DNA of 63,288 bases, the filler included, from Octopus bimaculoides (lineage: Eukaryota): assembly GCF_001194135.2 (NCBI RefSeq). It is 3 parts of 3 records of this genome, joined end to end, with 100 filler letters (N's around TTAATTAATTAA, not from the genome) between each part and the next. Parts side by side here need not be neighbours in the genome. Positions count along the whole stretch, not along the records: positions 50,601 to 63,288 come from NC_069009.1; 2 more parts are not named here. One strand, given 5' to 3'. The notes below the pieces were generated by a model. That model had not been told where the DNA came from and ran no database searches. It worked only from the letters and a program-made list of their open reading frames with translations. Positions 56,001 through 63,288 of the stretch are shown here, in pieces; positions within the stretch are counted from its first letter, which is position 1, and every line of letters begins with the position of its first letter. A program made the translations under genes and the position numbers.

Positions 56001-58891
56001 AAACCAAATATTCTCCAAGGAGCCTCATTGCTGCAAATATGCCACCCCATTTGGAAGCGTGCCACATCATCTTGAAATGTCTGTTGTTGAAGTGTGAACA
56101 TTGCAGCATCCAAACCCTTATTAACATATTTACAAATGTACTTACTCTTTTACTTGTTTCAGTCATTTAACTGCGGCCATGCTGGAGCACCGCCTTTAGT
56201 CGAGCAAATTGACCCCAGGACTTATTCTTTGTAAGCCTAGTACTTATTCTATCGGTCTCTTTTGCCGAATCGCTAAGTTATGGGGACGTAACCACACCAG
56301 TATCGGTTGTCAAGCGATGTTGGGGGGACACAGACACAAACATACATATATATATATATACATATATACGACGGACTTCTTTCAGTTCCCGTCTACCAAA
56401 TCCACTCACAAGGCTTTGGTCGGCCCGAGGCTATAGTAGAAGACACTTGCCCAAGGTGCCACGCAGTGGGAATGAACCCGGAACCATGTGGTTGGTAAGC
56501 AAGCTACTTACCACACAGCCACTCCTTTAAGAATTACAATACTAAATATTTATGTAAGCATTGAATATCTTAGACAAAAGAGGGCAGTAAGACACTATCC
56601 ACTGATGACCAATTGTATGGTGACCAATTTTTGTTTCAAAACCTCCACCTTGTGGTGCCTTTCCTCTATATGATAGATATCCATCATTACCTGTTTGTGT
56701 TTCTTTAATGACATTTTTAGGATAATGTTTTGTACACTTCTTGTCTTTCATGAAAGGTGCAGTTGGGTTGAAGTCACCACATGGGCCATGAACCATGTTC
56801 GATTTTACAATTTCATAAAGTTCTTTGTCTTTTGTGGAGTTTGGAATTACTGCTGCGATTATGGAATCAATCTCATCAGTTTGAATTTTCTGCAAAAACC
56901 ATTTATAAAGTCCATCAATTTCAAAACCTTGAGATAAAAAAAACTCTTGTAGTGTCTAGAAAAAGTTCAGGACGTCCATAATTACGCACATAAATCATGG
57001 CAACCTGTTTCTTTATTGCATATATCTTGGGCTTCCTGTAAAACTGGATGGGAGAATACAAAGTTGTCCAAGCCCTATCCCAGCAATATCATTGTTAATG
57101 TCATCCCGTAAATGCATGTAAGATTCTGAACGTAGTTCTTTTTGGTGCATTTTTATGTAGCATAACCTCTCCGACTCTATTTTGGCATACATATCAACAA
57201 TATAGTGGTGAAAAAGATCTTGGCAATAGTGAAGATGATTAATCGAATTACTTTGAATCATCAATCCATAAACATAATAATCCATACAGGATACAGTCCT
57301 TTTGGAATTGATTCCTCCAAAGTTGTATCCATCTTCTCTGTTAGCATAAAACAAGGGATATTGTATGAGTTTCATTTATGAACGTAATGCTCTTGTCATG
57401 ATATTTCAAAACAATATCTTGTTTACTATGTTGTTCTCCAACCATAATAATAGTCCCTTCATTACACTCAGGAACATGGAATCAATGGACATGTCCTCTG
57501 GCTGGTCTTTTGTTGGCATCGATGCCAACTTAAAAAAGTTTGCAGTTGAAATATATTCTAAAACATACTGAAAGCTTCTCACATAAGAATTCTCTTTGTG
57601 AAACATTTGATGCAACTTAAAAATAAGTTCTAATCTTGAACTTGGACAATTCTTGTTTTGACATTGTACTTCCTTTTGAACGTCACCTATAAAATACATT
57701 TGTAAAAATTGTCGATCTTTAAAGGCTTAAGAAAGCCAATTCTGTGATAAATTTGTCCTTGAACTTTAAAAGTTGGCATAAACCCACTTTCCCTAATAAT
57801 TTTTGCCCCAAATGATGTCAACTGAAAAGTAGAATTGTGTACTCAAATATTTTTAAGAAAGTGTTTTAATTCTGAAGTGGTACCCAAAAGAAGTTGTTTT
57901 ATAAGTTCTGGAGGCTCAATTATTGGTAAATGGACTTTTACCTTTAGAACAACACATACCTAATGATTCCTTGTCCCACTTCCTAGCACCACACTTTTCA
58001 AATAGGCAGCACTGGTGCCACCAGCATGGGTGCCAGTCAGGTGGCATTGGCATCGGCCACAACTACATTTCCATTTTTTACAATTATTGCGTATGTATCA
58101 TACGGACTCTTCCTGAAGAATTCAGTAATTTTTGTTGTTTTTGAGCAAGAGTGACACAGCTCTAAGCATACAGTTACCATCAACTATGACTTTATTAAAG
58201 GTGTGAATTAATAAATTAATGTAATTGTTGAATATATTTCAATAAATTCAGTAAGAGACTTCACTTTCAGTTTAAATTTTAGATAGTTTTGTGAAGGGAA
58301 TGTGACGGAAAAATTACAACACCAAAAGGGGTAAGATACTAAATTACAGCAATTTCCCTTTTAGAAATTTGTCTTTCTAACTTTGCGATAGATGAATGAG
58401 TGATTATAATTTTGTAAATAATAAAAATGAAATTAATAAGGTACTTCATCTTCAATGTTGACTTGAAATGTTGTCTACATGAAAAGAAAAGTGAATTCAC
58501 TCCAAGTATTTAGCAGTTTGTTCATAAATGGGGAAAAAAAGGAATACTTTGGTTATTTCCAGATAATTTCAGTTTAAACATTGTCCAATACTTGTCTATA
58601 GATTTATGTGTGTGTTACGGAGAAAGACAGACAACCAGACAGAGAGTGAGAGACAGAGGGAAAGAGAGTGGGAGACAGAGATTGAAGCACGAGTGTATCG
58701 CTGAATGACAACTGTATTAACATTACGATCCCACTGCCACTTCATATTTGTCGCTTACACAACTGTCCTCCCCTTCCAATATCAGTCACACTCTCTATGC
58801 AACACTTTCCCCTCATACTATCACTCTTGCACCCTTCCCATTTTATCAAATGCTAGCCCAGCCTGCCACTTCAATTTTATAAGTTATAAGA
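53089..58891 (-). mobile_element. Decayed, formerly autonomous Helitron (RepHel) with both termini
   Basis: On the minus strand: A|TCTTATAAC at the 5' end, CTAG|T at the 3' end, and a subterminal hairpin ATTACC-T-GGTAAT. Broken ORFs give a Cys cluster (CGARKWDKESLGMCC), DMYAKIESERL, LPSSFTGSPRYMQ, YVRNYGRPELF, MVHGPCG, KYICKYVNKG, a Walker-A-like DAPTGIGKPF and GDFHQTLPVIP of a PIF1 helicase. Many stops and frameshifts. Confidence 0.93.
56144..56525 (-). mobile_element. Young family-A SINE inserted in the Helitron Rep region
   Basis: Complete copy with most CpGs intact. Splits the Rep segment YCNS.K / KYICKYVNKG. Confidence 0.9.
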
Positions 58892-59072
58892 TATATACAA
58901 CAGGCTTCATTCAGTTTCTACCTACCAAATTCACTAATAAGGCTTTGGTCAACCTGAGGCTATAGCAGAAGACACTTTGCCCAAGGTGCCACACAGTGGG
59001 ACTGAACATGGAACGATGTGGTTGGGAAGCAAGTTACTTACCACACAGCCATGCTTGCACACACACACACAT

Positions 59073-59123
<51 letters not shown>

Positions 59124-59130
59124 GTATATA

Positions 59131-59183
<53 letters not shown>

Positions 59184-59847
59184 GTGCATATGCGACAGGC
59201 TTCCACACAGTTTCTGTCTACCAAATTCACTCACAAATCATTGATTGGATTTGGTCTATAGTAAAAGGCATTTCTCCAAGATGCCACACAATAGGACTGA
59301 ACCCAAGCCCATGGGAGATGCAAAGTGTGTTTCTTAACCATGTGTGTACATGAATCTTGTCATCCCAAGGGTTTGCTTCTCACCACCTGAGCAAAATTAC
59401 AATCAGATATTTACATTTCTTGTCACATTATAGGATACTCTGGACTTCTGAGGACCTGTGGAATAAAAAATCCTTTACTTATAAAACAACTAAGTGTTAG
59501 TGACAGGAAGAGCATCTGGCCATAAAATGCTGCCTCAAGTAATTTTGCATCCAACCCATACAGGCATCAAAAAACAGACGTTAAACAGACAAGCTTCTAA
59601 AGCAGAAAAAACATCATATTACATAACCTGTCGTCTGGCTGACAGTCAGGGTAGCACTGATGACCTTGTGACCAGATCCCTCCACCCATCTTCTGCCTCT
59701 CTCATCTTTTCCACTCACTGATGTTGTTTTCCTACCTCTGACTGTCCCCTGAAGAATTGTTTTGGCCATCCCTGATGAGCGAATGACATAGGACCCTCAT
59801 AGGGTCCTATTGCCTGCCTTATTCTTCTTTTCACTTCCTCATTTATT

Positions 59848-60257
59848 CTTTTACTCGTTTCAGTCATTTGACTGTGGTCATGCTGGAGCACTGCCTTTGG
59901 TTGAACAAATCAACCCTGGACATCTTCCTTGTAAGCCTGGTACTAATTCTATTGGTATCTTTTGCCGAACCACTAAGTTATGGGGATGTAAACACACCAA
60001 AGTCGGTTGTCAAGCAATGGTGGGAGAGGGAGGGAATACACACAAATACATATACTCTTTTACTTGTTTCAGTCATTTGACTGTGGCCATGCTGGAGCAC
60101 CGCCTTTTAGTCGAGCAAATCGACCCCAGGACTTATTCTTTGTAAGCCTAGTACTTATTCTATCAATCTCTTTTGCCGAACCACTAAGTTATGGGGATGT
60201 AAACACACCAGCATCGGTTGTCAAGTGATGGTGGGGGGACAAACACAGAAACATACG

Positions 60258-60293
<36 letters not shown>

Positions 60294-60605
60294 CATATAT
60301 ACGACGGGCTTCTTTCAGTTTCTGTCTACCAAATCCACTCACAAGGCTTTGGTTGGCCTGAGGCTACAGTAGAAGACACTTGCCCAAGGTGCCACACAAT
60401 GGGAATGAACCCGGAACCATGTGGTTGGTAAGCAAGCTACTTACCACACAGCCACTCCTGCGCATACAACGGGCTTCTTTCACAAGGCTTTGGTTAGCCT
60501 GAGGCTACAGTAGAAGACACTTGCCCAAAGTGCCATGCAGTGGGACTGAACCTGGAACCATTTTGTTGGCAAGCAAGCTCCTTACCACACAGCCACACCT
60601 GCACT
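59848..60605 (-). mobile_element. Cluster of family-A SINE copies (partial, full, partial)
   Basis: TTTCAGTCATTTGACTGTGG occurs twice; the head segment is repeated at 60465-60605. Confidence 0.85.
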
Positions 60606-61245
60606 ATTTGTGACACAATCTCTATGATATTCCCAAAAGTCTCATGAAACATTTTAATGTTCACTTTTCTGCGCTTGCATGGGTTAGATGGAATTTGTTG
60701 AGGCAGATTTTCTATAGCTGGATGCCATTCCTGTTGCCAGCCCACATGCTTTCTCAGCTAGGTAATATTTCCTCGTGGCTGGGCATGTTTTCATTGAAGA
60801 CTGGAAAGAAAGGACACCACTTACGATGGTGATGCTTGTTCACATTCATAAGGTCAGGAGTTCAATTCCTGGTGGTGTGTTGTGTCCTTGAGCAAGATGC
60901 TTTATTTCACATTACTCCAGTTCACTCAGCTGGTAAAAATGAGTTGTGTCTGTATTTCAAAGGGCCAGCTTTTATGCATTCTATGTCATGCTGAATCTCC
61001 CCGAGAACTACTTTAAAGGTATGCATGTCTGTGGAGTACTCAGCCACTTGTACATTAATTTTATGAGAAGGCTGTTTTGTTAACCAGATCAAATGGAATC
61101 CTCATCATTGTAAGTGACACAGTGCTAGTTATTTCACATTGCTCCAGTTCACTCACCTGGCAAAAATGAGTTGTACCTGTAATTCAAAAGGGGCCAGCCT
61201 TGTCACACTCTGTGTCATGCTGAATCTGCCTAAGAACTACTTTAA

Positions 61246-61756
61246 TCCTTTAAGGTCAGGCGTGGCTTATTGATAAACTTTCTAAATTGTGAAGAAGATA
61301 GGTGTGGTATATAAGCCACATTTGGTAACCACATGACGTTCAAAGATTTCCAAAGAGAAACAGTATGCCAATTGCTTGCCAAATATGGCAAACTCAAATA
61401 CAGCACCATGGAGTTTGGCAAGTGGTACCATTGACAGACTAATGGCAGGACCCTTCATGGAAAGGCTGATCATGTCCCAAGTACAGGAACAGGAAAAAAG
61501 GCCAAAAGTGGTGCCTTGTTTGTTCATCCATGACCAAAAGAGAACAGAAAGCAAGCTATGTGATAACTTGGTGTCCTGAGTGCAAAGTGGGTCTCTGCCT
61601 AGGTGCATGCTTTCATGAATCCCACACAAGCAAGAATTATTGAAATATAATCATAAATAGTAGTTAGAATTTAATTTTAAAATCTTGTATTTCCCCCCGC
61701 TCCCTTTTCTGCATCCTGCACAAAAAAACTTGCTATTTATACTCAACCTTAAAAGG
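61246..61756 (+). mobile_element. Internally deleted piggyBac element flanked by TTAA
   Basis: TTAA at 61242-61245 and 61757-61760. Termini TCCTTTAAGG and CCTTAAAAGG are near-inverted. Interior gives MTFKDFQRETVCQLL and the C-terminal Cys motif ECKVGLCLGACFHESHT. Confidence 0.85.
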
Positions 61757-61977
61757 TTAAAGGTATGTCTGTGTGTGGAGTGCACAGCCACTTGCATGTT
61801 AATTTAACAAGCAGACTGTCCTGCTCTGTTTGCAGCCATCATTGTCAAAACACTCACAATCTGGAAATTATTTTCATTTCAGGACAAAAGTTTGTATAGT
61901 TTGCTGGAAAAAAAGGAGGCTAAGCTGAACCAATACTCACCCACCCTGTCTGATAACATAAATTCACCTGCAAACGA

Positions 61978-62635
61978 TTAACTCATTAGCATTTAAACCA
62001 GCTGTATCCAATCCAAATATTCTGTTGTATTTTGAAATAGCAGATTTGGCCTCTCACACTTACCCAACAATATCATTCTAGAAATTAACAGTTACCTCAT
62101 CAAGATCTCAAAGCTACAAAATAATGCATGCTTAATTCAAAACAATGTGAATAAATAAGCATCACATTTGATAGGGTAATCTGAATGCTGAAGGGTTAAA
62201 CAGGCCATACTCAGCCCAGATATTCTGTTTATGTTCAAACTGAACAGATCTAGCCTTTCACACCTAACCTACAGTGTCATTTTAAAAATAAACAATCACA
62301 ACATCGATATATCGAAGCTTTGAGATAATGCAAGATTAATTCTGAACAATGTGAATAAATAAGAGTAATTTGAATGTTAAAGGGCTGAACTCAGCATATC
62401 TGGCCAAAATATTCTACTTGTTTTATGTCCAAACTGAGCAGATTCAGCATCATTTTTAAAATAAACAATTCCATAAAAATCTCGCAACAAAATAATGCAT
62501 GATCAATTCAAAATAATGTGAATAAATAAGCGTTGCATCTAACAGTGCAATCTGAATGCTACAGGGTTGAACTGGCCACATTTGGCCTCTCACGCCTACC
62601 CTACATTCTGAGTAATCTAAATACTAAAGAGTAAA
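61978..62635 (+). mobile_element. Array of one complete and three partial TTAA-MITE copies
   Basis: Repeated ends GAATGCTGAAGGGTTAA, GAATGTTAAAGGGCTGAA, GAATGCTACAGGGTTGAA and TAAATACTAAAGAGTAAA. AATGTGAATAAATAAG recurs internally in three units. Confidence 0.75.
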
Positions 62636-62715
62636 GAAAAAAAAACAAAAACAACAAAGAAAATAGATGTGTAGAGAATTTATCTCAGTATATATGTGTT
62701 CATGTAAGCATTATG

Positions 62716-62765
<50 letters not shown>

Positions 62766-62791
62766 TGTATACATTGCATGTGTATGTGTGT

Positions 62792-62832
<41 letters not shown>

Positions 62833-63193
62833 GTTTTACAATAAAAACAATAGAAGAACAGTTCAAGATGGTTCTGCTGTTATAAGTTCAATTCACACAG
62901 ATTCTCATTGTTCATTATCATTATATATATGTGTTTACGTATATATATATGTGTGTGTTTGTGTGTGTAGATAAATATATGAAGATCAGCCTGTAGGTAT
63001 GTTAATGTATGTATATATACATATATAAATGCGTGTGTTGTGGCGTGTATGTATATATGGCTACAAACGGTTTTTGTTTTCCAAATCTCAAGTGTGTAAA
63101 ATAAGTGTGATTAATGGATGCAGGAGTTATGCATGTATGTATATTTCTTGCCCTACAGATATTTATTATTATATACATTCATTGGATTTGTAC

Positions 63194-63233
<40 letters not shown>

Positions 63234-63288
63234 TGTGTGTGTGTGTGTGTGTGTGTGTATGCATGTGTGTGTATGTATCCATATATAT

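Overview
AT-rich, microsatellite- and SINE-dense animal genomic DNA with many assembly gaps. It is most likely Octopus, inferred from the repeat landscape and not proven. The one host gene I can support is on the minus strand: an E75/Rev-erb (NR1D) nuclear receptor. Six GT-AG exons (18105 down to 9735) splice in frame and encode both C4 zinc fingers, the AVRFGRVPK extension, the hinge, the heme-binding Cys-Pro motif and the first half of the ligand-binding domain. A plausible first coding exon sits at 22229-22283. The exons for the second half of the LBD were not found and probably lie beyond position 1. The rest of the window is transposon-derived: a decayed Helitron with both termini (53089-58891), pogo, mariner, piggyBac, Penelope, Gypsy-integrase and RTE relics, TTAA MITEs and dozens of tRNA-derived SINEs. 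I did not find a clearly new biological system. The best leads are a divergent cofactor groove in the receptor, a perfect AGGTCA-n3-TGACCT element downstream of the last visible exon, sharp CpG-depleted versus CpG-normal blocks recorded in SINE decay, a strong SINE orientation bias in the E75 region, a long foldback repeat, and a possible captured fragment in the Helitron.
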